Part shown: piece by piece, positions 39,169 to 51,618 of the stretch
Layout: each line of letters opens with the position of its first letter
Position numbering within the stretch: position 1 is the first letter of the stretch
NCBI GenBank assembly: GCA_964016885.1
Contig: OZ024742.1
Coordinates: 78,740,001 to 78,804,000, forward strand
Length of the DNA stretch: 64,000 nucleotides
Reading direction: 5' to 3'
Origin: Eledone cirrhosa
Lineage: Eukaryota
Notes under the pieces: model-generated
What the model was told of the DNA's origin: nothing
The model's database searches: none
Seen by the model: only the letters and a program-made list of their open reading frames with translations
Translations under genes and position numbers: made by a program

Positions 39169-40149
39169 GTAAGCATAAATATATCATCATCATCAATGTT
39201 CGTGTATGTATATATATATATAAATACAACTCCTTGTAGATATGTATGCTTGAGTGTGAGGATGCATGTGTGATTTGTAGGTAGGTAGTATGCAAGTCCA
39301 TACAGGCCCTTCAACCAACACTGCACATAGACAACAGAAATGACAGAGAGAGAGAGGGAGAGTGTGTTTGAGTGAGAGAAAGAACTAGTCGTGCAGCAAT
39401 ATTTCCAGCTAAAACCATTAGAAAGAACATTTTCAACCATAATGGCCCATATGTAACGAACCAAAGAAATTTGCTTTTCGAAATAATCTCATTCCTCCCC
39501 ATCCACCTCTCTTGTTTTTTCTTCTCTTTCTTTAGTGTTTTTTCTCTCTCTCTTTTATTTCAATCCCTCTTTTCTCCTTCATTAATTTGTGTAATCATGT
39601 TAGGCGATTATTTCCTAGAAACTAGCTAGCACAAGGACTGCTGGACTAGTTCTTAAAAACCTGTGGTGCTTTTCGATTGCCTTTTAAACGGTGTGCACAA
39701 AATGCTAGTCAACCAGAAATGCAAGCTACCAAAAGTTAAATGCTAATGTATCGTCTTACAAGTATTTTATTGCCAGACAAGGCCACACCTGTAACCTCTG
39801 GCGCCAACTGCTACATAGCTAGAGACATGATGGAGGAAAACTCAGTGAGTTTACTTTAAAAAGAAAGGAAAAGGAAAGGGAAAACAAAAAGGAATCTTCT
39901 AAAAGATAACGGCTTCTTAATTTGGCATTTAAACTGCAGTCATTTGTCATTGACGTTGTTAATGTTGTTGAGAAGACTTAAGGAAATCCATAGCATAGAG
40001 ATTACCAATTTACTGATAAGATGTAACCCACATTTATACAACATTATATTTAAATAAAATATAAGTTGTGTGGGCATGAATGAGTGAATGAGTGTGTGTG
40101 TGAAAGCAGACACACAAAACATGTGAGTGCACTGTTTGAAACTACAGGC

Positions 40150-40480
40150 ACACTTTCACGGCACCACACCTGCTCTGAATGACCTGAACAGCTGTCTGAA
40201 ACTGGGCTAATGACCATCACAAAGGAGGTTGGTTCCCACACAGTTCAGTACCCTGTACACATTTGTTGATGCCCGCCACAGTGCAGTGAACTAGTTCAAC
40301 TTCCATAGACACCACCATGGGATGAACATCTCCTGGGAAGAACTTGAACTTGCTTCCCTCAGATCCCTCCTAAACTGGGATGACAACATCATCAAACTAG
40401 TAGACAATGTGGGCACCATGGCCATGTGTTGTGACATCCTCTACAAAATGAAGATACTACATCAGCTCTGCAACTGCGCC
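40150..40480 (+). pseudogene. Penelope-like element RT N-terminal remnant
   Basis: NISWEELELASLRSLLNWDDNIIKLVDNVGTMAM...LY..ILHQL resembles the PLE NLSxxExxALxxL...IIKPADKGGxxVV...Y...RQL segment. Confidence 0.6.
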
Positions 40481-40578
40481 TATATATATATATACATATA
40501 TAGTTTGATGATGATAATGTCATTCCAGTTTAGGAGAGAACTGAGAGAGGCAAGTTCTGACACACACACACACACACA

Positions 40579-40612
<34 letters not shown>

Positions 40613-40615
<3 letters not shown>

Positions 40616-40770
40616 TGAACTGGCAGAGTCGTTAGAATGCCAGATAGAATGTTTGATGGGATTCGTTCCGGCTCTCTGCTCTCTGAGTTCAAATCCTGCC
40701 GAGGTCAACTTGTCTTTCATCCTTTCGAGGTTGATAAAAAAAAGTACCAGTTTAGTATTGGGGTTGATTC
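40613..40770 (+). mobile_element. SINE family B, older subfamily
   Basis: TGGCAGAGTCGTTAG, GTTCAAATC, CTTTCATCCTTTCGAGGTTGATAAAA. Confidence 0.8.
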
Positions 40771-41929
40771 TTCCTCTATATCTCTTTCTCATTTCCTCTC
40801 TCACACTTTCTATTTTTCTCTGGAAGAACTCTGCTCTCCTCAGGCCCGGAGATGGATGCACTCCGCCAGGCTTAAAATGCCTAAGAAATGCTGTATGTCA
40901 ATACGGTGCCCCTATGACTCTATCAGGAGTTATGGGAAAAGAAGAACATATATATATAAGGTGACAAGTTGTCATAGTTGTTAGAATATCAGATAGAATG
41001 ATGTAATTGTTTCAGATCTTTGTGCTCTAATATCAAATGTCATCCAAGTCAAATATGCCTTTTATGTTTTCAAGGTTAATAAATAAACTACCAGTATAGT
41101 ACTAGAACCAATTCATCCTTGATGTCCCTTTCTCACGTCTTTCTTTCCATTACTAGAATTCACAACCTTTACTTTCCTGATCATAATCGCTGTCACCACT
41201 ACCATTACATTTTCCTGTGTGACTTCTGTTATTTTTCATTGCTATTGACATCATCAGCATCATCCTTTCATGCCTTCATTTACTCGTGAGCTACTTAGTT
41301 TTTATTGATTGATTATTTTTAGATGAAAAGGCTGTGTGTGTGTGTGTGTGTGTGTGGATAGGCAGAGCGTCTGTTTGCATAATTTTCGATCCCTTCATTC
41401 TCTCACTCATTTCATACTTTCTTCTTACGCCTACTCTCTACTTCATTACAATTATGTTACCCAGCAAAAAGAAAACACACTCACACATACACACACAGAA
41501 ACAGACAATCACATGCAAACACACACATAGAAGGGGAAAATATTTTTCCAACAAATCTTAATGTTGAAGAGATTTTAATAATTAAGTAAAGCATTTTTTT
41601 TTCATGATTGAATGTAGAAATGTAATTTTAAAATAATAACGAAAAAATTAAATCGAAAACAATTTTTAAACAATAAATTAACATACAGAATACAACTGAA
41701 ATTAGAAGCAGCATTTTTACACATCAGCAGAGCAATGCATGAAAATGGTGAACGGTAAAAGAGGAAACAAGAGCGAAATTATTGATTATACACGTTCATT
41801 AGAACAGATACATACATCTTTCCCTATCCCTCAATATATATATATATATATAGATAGATCCCGAGTTGAATCAGGGGTAATGGGTAACCACTGTAAATAA
41901 GATACTCAATACACTAGTAGAGTGGGAAC

Positions 41930-42067
41930 ATCATTATTTAATATAGAAATGGCTTCTACGTGATTAGAATTGTTTTATTTGTATGAAATTATCAGGAACG
42001 CCTGGTGACTTCATATGAATGAAAAAGTTCTAGTCCTGTAGAAGCCATTTCTATATTATATAACGAT
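41930..42067 (+). repeat. ~67-bp-arm hairpin with a 4-nt loop
   Basis: Core arms 41939-41996 and 42001-42058, loop AACG. Confidence 0.9.
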
Positions 42068-42069
42068 AC

Positions 42070-42152
<83 letters not shown>

Positions 42153-42239
42153 TTTATACTTAAATCCATGCAAAAGTTAGAGGCAAAATTTCAGACATGG
42201 TAGAATAATCTAAAACGAAAACTTAGCAAAGACTAAAAA

Positions 42240-43030
42240 TTGAATATGTAGGAAAGCTGATACTGTTGGAGAAAGAAGATTTGTCTAATATTTCAAAAAA
42301 GGGTCGGCAGAAATTCCATAAGGTGTACACTGTGTAATCTATGAAAACAAGTGATGTAATGAGATTACAGGCAGTTTAACTGAAAAGGTGTTTGAGGCAG
42401 TAGTAAGATTGAATATGAAAGAGATTCCCTCAATTGCCAGGGAAATTCCCTAGAAGGTGTTGACAGCTTATGTTACCTAGGTATGCTAATCAGCAGAGGT
42501 GGTGGGAAGCTTTGAAAATCTGGTAAATAAAGAACTGGAAGAAGTTTGGATTATTTGGAACTAGTAGTTTTCTGAACGACAAAATGTTTCTCTCTTAGAG
42601 TGAAGTGTAAACTGTATGATGCATGCATGTGAACTGCAATGCCATATGGCAATGAGACATCGGTCTGTACTGCAGAAAACGTGAAATTTAGAATGAAATA
42701 AGTGAGTATGCTCCGATGAGCAGATAATATTAGTGTGCAAAGAGAAAAAAAAAATTGTTATAAGAGGACTTGGATGTGTGCAAGGGAGAAGACTGCATTG
42801 TTATGGGTTTGTGATGCATGTACAAGATGACAGATTTATAAAGAAGTGCAGACAAATCTCAATAAATGGGACATGTAGAAGGGGAATATCTAAAAAGACA
42901 TGGGATAAATTAGTAAAACCCGACCTTAAGAAGCTGAACCTCACAACAGAGATGACAAAAGACCACAAAGATTGATGACATGCAGTACTAGATAAGACTT
43001 TCCAACAAGCATACACGATGCAAACTGACC
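42240..43030 (+). mobile_element. Highly decayed RTE LINE 3' region
   Basis: RRLHCYGFVMHVQDDRFIKKC...KKTWDKLVKPDLKKLNLTTEMTKD. Confidence 0.75.
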
Positions 43031-43199
43031 CATTTGTTTACCCACCACCATCATCATTCCTTAGGGGCTATTCTTACCATCACTGTACACTTGCATACCC
43101 ACCCTATCCAGGAGTAACACAATGTGTTAAATCCTAACACATTGGTCATAACTCACCCCATCCTCTTTAAATCTTAAAGCAGCTGAAGTATATGAGTAA

Positions 43200-43250
<51 letters not shown>

Positions 43251-44134
43251 CAGAAAGGTAAACAGAAGTCAATTAAATATGTTTCCTTCATTTTTAATAT
43301 TTGAATATTCAATGTGTAAATTTAAATACATACTTACACAGTCTAGGTTACCTCTCTACTAAGTATACAGGTTCCCGCATTGACTGATAATATCAGCAAA
43401 TGTTATATTTAAGTACAGTGAAGTGATATTTCTCCTTAACACTGAACACCGTGAAAAAATACCAAATAACTGGCATTGAAGAGCTTCTCAGAACTCCAGT
43501 AGATATCATCGCATCACCATTATAGTGTTTACAGTTTTAGCAATTATTCTTGAAGACCTGATGGGAGTAAGATAATTAAGTAAATGCGTGCGACAAAATT
43601 GATAATTCCTTTTTTTTTTTTTTATGAATCAAATAAAAGTTATTTCACAAATTTGAATTGAAGCAAATCTTCAAATGTTTTTTTTTTAATGCAATAATTA
43701 TTTTCTACATTCAATGAAAGTACATAACACATATTAACAGAAGGAAGTTCTGTGCATCTTTTAGGCATATAACACAATTGTTACCATTAATATCAACACT
43801 TGCACCAGTTGCTATCGTGTGTTAGTGCAATATACTGCCTTAAGCAATTTGACATGCTAATTGACAACCAAAGAGAAATCATGTGCCATCTACCACACAC
43901 AAATACACACATACTTACTCACAGTTAGTGCATGCATACTCATTCATATGTGTGTGTGTATGCATAAATATATGTGTGAGTTGGGAAATATAGCAATTCC
44001 TGAATACAAACATATTTACATTTATAAAGACAAAGAATAATATGAGTGTCTTCATGTACAAACAAACACACACACTCATCTGCTTTGGTGTATATTTGCT
44101 TATGTAAGCTTATTTGTATAAACCCTTTCATGTG

Positions 44135-44518
<384 letters not shown>

Positions 44519-44532
44519 TATATATATATATT

Positions 44533-44741
44533 GCTGGGTGAAGAAGTGCCAGCAAATCCTAGTGGAAGGAAGCTGCAGTAGAGGTAGACCAAGGAGGAAG
44601 ATTTAGACAGAGGTGGTGAGAACTGATCTCAAATTGCTGAAACTCACAGAGGAGATGAAGAAACATGAAGAATGGAGAGATGCTGTGCTGAAAAGGACCT
44701 GTTCAATCAATGCCAGCATGGGAAATTGGATATAAAAACAG

Positions 44742-44772
<31 letters not shown>
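44533..44772 (+). mobile_element. RTE LINE 3' stub
   Basis: Similar to 28900-29110; (GAT)n tail. Confidence 0.75.
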
Positions 44773-45275
44773 GATTATATATATATATATAAGAAAATGT
44801 ATGTAATCCTTGGTACAGTTAGGTATATTAAGACAGGGGGGAAGAAAAAATGGCTTCACTTGTGCTTTCAACAAATTTATTTTCTTCACAAAATCCAAAA
44901 AGAATTATTTTCCGGATTAGAAAAACATTTTTTTTTTTTTTTTTTTTCTTAAAAAAAATTATTTTATGAATTAAGTTAGGTCTTAGGAGTTCTTCGTTAA
45001 CGTAGGAGGTATTGTTTCGTTTTTAGAACGACCTTTCACGCTGAGGTGCGCTTGTCAAACTGATGTATATGTGGTGTGTTGTTCTATATATAGGGATTTA
45101 ACATGTCTGTGGTGTGGTGGGGTTTTTTTCTCCCCCTTTTAATAAGTGTATAGGTGTAGGTGTGTTGAAAAAGCGTTAATAGCAGTAATGCGTTGATACG
45201 GTGAGTAGGGTTGGGTGGGGAGAAATGTAGCAAGTGCGGCCTGCCCCGGTCATTCTCCCTGTATATATATATATA

Positions 45276-46576
45276 CAGGGTGGGGCATAATTCCTGTTAC
45301 AAAGTTTTAAATCAATTTAAAAATACATTATGTTGCTAATATAACTAATATGTTTGTATCAAATCCATGCACTATAACCATATTAACTATTTTTCAGAAC
45401 ATTACTCCATTAACAATTTTCAATGTCCATAGAATTGAAAAGAAAGTTCATAATAGAGAAGCATGAAAAAGGCCTGACTCCACCCAAGATATTTAAACTG
45501 GGGGAAATTCTTAAGATCAATAGAATGTTGATCAAAAGGACAATCGATCGATTTAAGGAAACTTCCTCGATCAAAGACAGACCTCGATCCAGACGCCCTC
45601 GCACCTCAAGAACACCAAAACTCGTTAAAAGTGTAAGGGAAAAAATAAGGCGTAATCCAAGAAGGTCCATGAGAAAAATGGCAGAAGAAGCAGAAACATC
45701 GCCGAGAACTATGCGGAGGATATGTCGAGATGATCTGGGGATGTCACCCTATAAGTTCCAAAAGAGGCAGCTTCTTTCTGCAGCCACAATTGAAAAGAGG
45801 CTCTCCAGAAGTAAACTGTTATTGAACTGTATCAAGGATGGCACGCTGCAAAACATCATCTTTACAGATGAGAAGTTATTCACTGTGCAGCAGTCTCACA
45901 ATCATCAAAATGATCGAGTACTTGCAAAAAGTCTCAAATCAATTCCTTCAAGTGTAGGAAAAGTGTTCAAAACACAGAAACCAGCATCAGTGATGATTTG
46001 GGCAGCCATTTCTGAAAGAGGTAAGTCTCCTCTGATTTTTGTGCCTCAGGGAGTTAAAATTAACAAAGAACTTTGCATAAAGGATATTTTGGAAGGAGCA
46101 CTGATGCCATGGTGCATATCTGTTTATGGCGATGACATTTGGACTCTCCAACAAGATGGAGCGACGAGCCACACTGCTTGCATAACACAACAGTGGTGTA
46201 GAGACCATTGTCCTGCATGGATCAGTAAGGAAGAGTGGCCTCCCACATCACCAGATCTCAACCCTCTCGATTTTTCTTTATGGTCAATTCTTGAGAGTGA
46301 AACCTGCTCTACTCCTAGCCAAAATATTGAAACTCTAAAATCAAAACTGAATAAAGTATGGGAGAAAATACCCATGGAAACTGTTCGTGCAGTCATCGAA
46401 GACTTTCCTAGAAGACTTCCAGCAGTGGTGAGAGTTAGAAGAAAGCATTTCGAATAAATGTTTGTGCAGTTGTTTAATAGTATATTACTTACTATTTGTT
46501 GAAGTCAGATCTTGAAATAAATGTTTTTTTCAAGAACTATTTGCATTTTATTTTGTAACAGTTTTTATGCCCCACC

Positions 46577-46579
<3 letters not shown>
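45276..46579 (+). mobile_element. Complete Tc1/mariner DD37D (maT-type) transposon, 1304 bp
   Basis: 28-bp TIRs CAGGGTGGGGCATAA(TTC/AAA)CTGTTACAAA, TA on both sides, single intact ORF. Confidence 0.95.
45423..46457 (+). CDS. DD37D transposase, 344 aa, uninterrupted
   Basis: HTH region, RSRRP linker, FTDEK, QQDGATSH, SPDLNPLD; 37 residues counted between the 2nd and 3rd Asp. Confidence 0.93.
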   Translation: MSIELKRKFIIEKHEKGLTPPKIFKLGEILKINRMLIKRTIDRFKETSSIKDRPRSRRPRTSRTPKLVKSVREKIRRNPRRSMRKMAEEAETSPRTMRRICRDDLGMSPYKFQKRQLLSAATIEKRLSRSKLLLNCIKDGTLQNIIFTDEKLFTVQQSHNHQNDRVLAKSLKSIPSSVGKVFKTQKPASVMIWAAISERGKSPLIFVPQGVKINKELCIKDILEGALMPWCISVYGDDIWTLQQDGATSHTACITQQWCRDHCPAWISKEEWPPTSPDLNPLDFSLWSILESETCSTPSQNIETLKSKLNKVWEKIPMETVRAVIEDFPRRLPAVVRVRRKHFE

Positions 46580-46620
<41 letters not shown>

Positions 46621-46622
<2 letters not shown>

Positions 46623-46925
46623 AGGCACATGGCTCAGTGGCCTTGCAATCAAAAGGTTGTGAGTTGACCGGGTGATGTGTTGTTTCCAGTTTACTCAGCT
46701 GTAGAAATGAGATGATAGGGACTGGGTTCCCTATCATTCCACTGCAAAGTGGTCGTGGAGGTGCCACAGCAAAAAAACACCCACCACTCACTGTAAACGA
46801 GGTTGGTGTTAGGAAGGGCATCCAGCTGTAGAAAACAAGCCAGAATAAGTTCCCATCCCACCCTTGCAAGCAGGGAAAAAGCGGACGTAAAATGAAATAA
46901 TGATGATGATGATGATGATGATGAT
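46621..46925 (+). mobile_element. SINE family A with small internal deletions
   Basis: GGAGGCACATGGCTCAGTGG start; RTE-type end and (ATG)n. Confidence 0.85.
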
Positions 46926-47360
46926 ATATATATATATATAGCCATATATTTGGATAGACTACTACTTCCATGTATGTATGTGTATGCATGTATACAAATG
47001 TAATCAAACATACATTATATTATATGAACATATATTTCAATAACTAAAAGAAAAAGATAAGAGCACACCTTGCTGTGTGTGTTTGTATGCATACTCATGC
47101 TGATTTATAGTTAGATTGGTATGAGCATGATGGCATTTATAAATGTGGATAATTCAATATTGCATGTGTAATTATGAATACTAATCAATGTATAGACGAA
47201 CACTGAAGTTTTATTGAAGCATGTGTCAACATGTGGAAACACCAGCTGTGTGCACTTGTATTTTGTAAACTACACTTTTAACTGTGTATGTACACAAATA
47301 AATACACATGGCCACTATCACACATATACAGATATAAATAAATGCACATATATACCTATA

Positions 47361-47426
<66 letters not shown>

Positions 47427-47958
47427 GCACAAGTATACCTATATATCTATACATGAATACACACACATACACAACTATATATATATATACATAGCTAAAA
47501 AAAAAACGTCTGTCGCATTTGCTGAGTATGTTTCTTGTTCCAATCAATTGAGCGACCAATTTATTGAATTAGTGTACAACTGCTGACTACTCTATAAACA
47601 ATGATACCTTTGATATAAAAGAGTTAGAATTAATGTGACACAGTCTTTGGCAAAGGTAAGCATTTGAAAAGTCTATCAGGTGAGTTTCCACACAGTTTCT
47701 GCCTTCCATATCTTGTCATAAGGCTAGTATGGCGCTGAGGTTATGATGAACCGGACTCATCCAAGACCCCACATGATGAGATTGAAGCCCAGACACATTG
47801 ATTGTGAGGCAAAGTTCTTAATCACTTGGCCAGATACACATGTGCATACACATATAGATATACATATATACACACACATACATAAGTTGGAAAATGCATG
47901 GAAAATGGACATAAAATAAATGTCAATGATGTAGATATATACATAATATATATATATA

Positions 47959-48037
47959 CAGGGTGTCCCCCAAAAATGTATACATACTTGCCTGTACAGG
48001 TAATCAAAGTGTGCACACAATTTTTGGGGACCTCCTG
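47959..48037. mobile_element. 79-bp Tc1/mariner-type MITE
   Basis: TA|CAGGGTGTCCCCCAAAAATGTATACATACTT...AAGTGTGCACACAATTTTTGGGGACCTCCTG|TA. Confidence 0.75.
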
Positions 48038-48057
48038 TATGTATGTATGTATGTATG

Positions 48058-48089
<32 letters not shown>

Positions 48090-48095
48090 AAGAGA

Positions 48096-48173
<78 letters not shown>

Positions 48174-48178
48174 TACAA

Positions 48179-48223
<45 letters not shown>

Positions 48224-48954
48224 TGCACTCATGCACACACCCTTATTACATATGCATTCACTGAAGTGTTTTGCCATCTGTACAAGTTCACATCCATGAT
48301 ATATCAATAAACCACTTGTTTCTGCTCACACTAATTACACACACACACACCTACACACACACTCTACTACCTGTATATTGATTTGCACACACTGCATTTT
48401 TCCCCTGCTTATTTCATATAATTTTTCTTTATCTCATTACCATTTATATAATTTTAGTTCTGCTAATGAGGTCATGGCCTAACCCAAAGTACAAAATTTG
48501 CATCACCTAATGAAAGAGAAAGAGAATCTAAATGGCTGCTAAGGCTACTAGAAATAACAGCCAAAATCTACCAATATATCTTTCTCTATGTCTCTCAAAT
48601 TACATTTCTACTGTTTTTCATAAAAGGTAAGAGCAAATAGGAAAATACATTCTGAAATAAACAAATGGAAAGTTGTTGATCACAGCTTTATAAACCAAAA
48701 TTGATCTGGAGATAAAAACTTGCACAAGATTTACTCTTTAGCAATTTCTGGTAAAATCTAGATAACACGACACTCATATATCACATGGTAAGGCATTAAT
48801 TAATCTCTCTCTCTCTGTATATATATATATATATAAAATATAATATATATATATATAATATAATATATATATATATATATAATATAATATATATATATAA
48901 TATACATATAATGTATAATATATATATATATAATATATAATATATATATATATA

Positions 48955-49001
<47 letters not shown>

Positions 49002-49120
49002 GACCAAAGATTAGTATGGTTCGTTGATTACTCAATGAATACAATTTTACAATAGATCAGAAGCACTCAACAAAGAAAAAGGTTTTCCTGGAGTTTTTAA
49101 TATTATTCAAAATATATGCT

Positions 49121-49460
49121 GGAGGCACATGGCTTAGTGGTTAGAGCATTGGCCTTGCAATCGAAAGGTTGTGAGTTCAATTCTCAGACCGGGTGATGTG
49201 TTGTTTCCTTGAGCAAGACACTTTATTTCACATTGCTCCAATTTACTCAGCTGTAGAAATGAGATGATAGGGACTGAGGTCCCTATCATTCCACTGCAAA
49301 GTGGTCGTGGAGGTGCCACGGCAAAAAAGCACCCAGCACTCACTGTAAATGAGTTAGGAAGGGCATCCAGCTGTAGAAATCAAGCCAGAATCAGTTCCCG
49401 TCCCACCCTTGCAAGCAGGCAAAAGCGGACGTAAAATGATGATGATGATGATGATGATGA
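49121..49460 (+). mobile_element. SINE family A
   Basis: Full head, CORE-like block, RTE-type end. Confidence 0.9.
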
Positions 49461-49499
49461 TTAACAAATGAAAAATAAACTCATAATCAAAATATATAC

Positions 49500-49559
49500 T
49501 TTATTATATATATTTCAGAAGTACTGTGTTGTTTTTTCAGTACGTCCTCATCAGACAAA
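49500..49559 (-). ncRNA. Type I hammerhead ribozyme, left arm of an inverted pair
   Basis: TTTGT-CTGATGA-GGACGTACTG-(11 nt)-CAGTACTTCT-GAAA-TATATA-TA-ATAAA. Confidence 0.75.
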
Positions 49560-49653
49560 TATATGATTTGATATATGACATACCGCTACGGTCTTGATTA
49601 TTCAATTCCAGTATTGGCAGTATATCAAATCATGTCATATATCAAGTCATATA

Positions 49654-49710
49654 TTTGTCTGATGAAGATGTACTGAAAAAACAACACTACCTCTGAAATA
49701 TATATAATAA
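49654..49710 (+). ncRNA. Type I hammerhead ribozyme, right arm of an inverted pair
   Basis: TTTGT-CTGATGA-AGATGTACTG...CTACCTCT-GAAA-TATATA-TA-ATAA; stem II more decayed than in the left copy. Confidence 0.65.
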
Positions 49711-49711
49711 T

Positions 49712-50096
49712 GGAGGCACATGGCTTAGTGGTTAGAGCATTGGCCTTGCAATCGAAAGGTTGTGAGTTCAATTCTCAGACCGGGTGATGTGTTGTTTCCT
49801 TGAGCAAGACACTTTATTTCACATTGCTCCAGTTTACTCAGCTGTAAGATGAGATGATAGGGACTGGGTCCCTATCATTCCACTGCAAAGTGGTCGTGTA
49901 GGTGCCACGGCAAAAAAGCACCCAGCCCACACTGTAAAGTGGTCGTGTAGGCGCCATGGCAAAAAAAGCACCCACCACTCATTGTAAATGAGGTTGGTGT
50001 TAGGAAGGGCATCCAGCTGTAGAAATCAAGCCAGAATAAGTTCCCGTCCCACCCTTGCAAGCAGGGAATAAGCAGATGTAAAATGATGATGATGAT
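49712..50096 (+). mobile_element. SINE family A with a duplicated internal ~42-bp unit
   Basis: Two GTGGTCGTGTAGGYGCCAYGGCAAAAAAGCACCCA units. Confidence 0.9.
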
Positions 50097-50384
50097 ATAT
50101 TCTGATTATTAGAATATTTTTCATTTGTTAATATTTTGAATAATATATATATATATATATATATATAAAAGCTGCTTTTTATGTATATATCTCAGGTGTA
50201 TTAAGTAGCAGCAAGTGCCCACAGAATACTAGCTCATCCGAGATCTTCGGCGCTACACAGTAACACAGAAGACCCGCCTTGCCTAAGTACAAAGCGAAAT
50301 CTACAGTCAGTAGGCACCTCTAACAAAAATACCCCCCTATCCACACCACGCCTTTCAATGTAAAGTTATGTTGGTACTACAACA

Positions 50385-50646
50385 TCCAGTCTGAAATAAA
50401 TGAGGTCTTGTAGGTGTCACGACAAAAAAACACACAGTCCACGCTGTAATGTGGCCGTGTAGGTAACACGGTAAAAACCTCCCAGTCCACACTGTAAACA
50501 TGGTTGGTGTTAGGAAGGGCATCCAGCCGTAGAAAACCCGCCAGACAGTCTTATACGAGCAAGACAACCAATCTTGCCTCAAGTGGGAAAATTCCCGTCC
50601 AAACCCATGCAAGCATCGAAGATGGACGTTAAATGATGATGATGAT
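50385..50646 (+). mobile_element. RTE-tail-type non-autonomous element
   Basis: TTAGGAAGGGCATCCAGCCGTAGAAA; end CGTCCAAACCCATGCAAGCATCGAAGATGGACGTTAAATGATG. Confidence 0.8.
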
Positions 50647-50777
50647 TTATATATAAGTAGTCATTAATAATCTAATGTTTGTGTATAAAATGTAATATAT
50701 ATACATATATACACATATATATATATATACACACATATATATATATATACACATATATATATATATATACACATATA

Positions 50778-50809
<32 letters not shown>

Positions 50810-50918
50810 CACATATATATATATAATTCAGAAACGAAATATATATATACATATATATATACATATATATATATACATATATATCTATATACATACATAT
50901 ATATATAATTCAGAAACG

Positions 50919-51069
<151 letters not shown>

Positions 51070-51070
51070 C

Positions 51071-51166
<96 letters not shown>

Positions 51167-51579
51167 CATATATATATATATGTGTGTGTGTGTGTTTTTT
51201 TGTGTGTGCATGGTTTTTCCTTTTGTAGTATATATTTTAGTTTTATTATATATTGTATTTTCAATTAAATTTTTATTTTACTTCTCCTTTCATAGTTGCC
51301 ATCCTTTTTATTTATTTACTATTTTCATCTTTTATTTTTTCTGATAGCTGAATTATTTGTTTGGGTCTTTCCTTCTTGAAGTGTTGTTGATGAATAGCTA
51401 ATATATGCATGTTCATGCAAGTAAATTAAGCTTTGTGAATTTATGGCTGTAGGTCTCTAGGTGTGTATTGACAAACAGAAAGGGACAGGTGCCTACAGGT
51501 GTCTATGCAATATATATGTGGAAGTCATTGTGTGTGATTTAAATAACGCTGTGCATATAAATGACACTGTGACCATATA

Positions 51580-51618
<39 letters not shown>

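Noticed and set aside
48460-48490. CTAATGAGGTCATGGCC resembling the 3823 HHR
   Set aside because: Core mutated and no GAAA at the expected position
50170-50265. Minus-strand CGGATGA...GAGATATATA HHR-like remnant
   Set aside because: Both core boxes mutated and the stems are not evident
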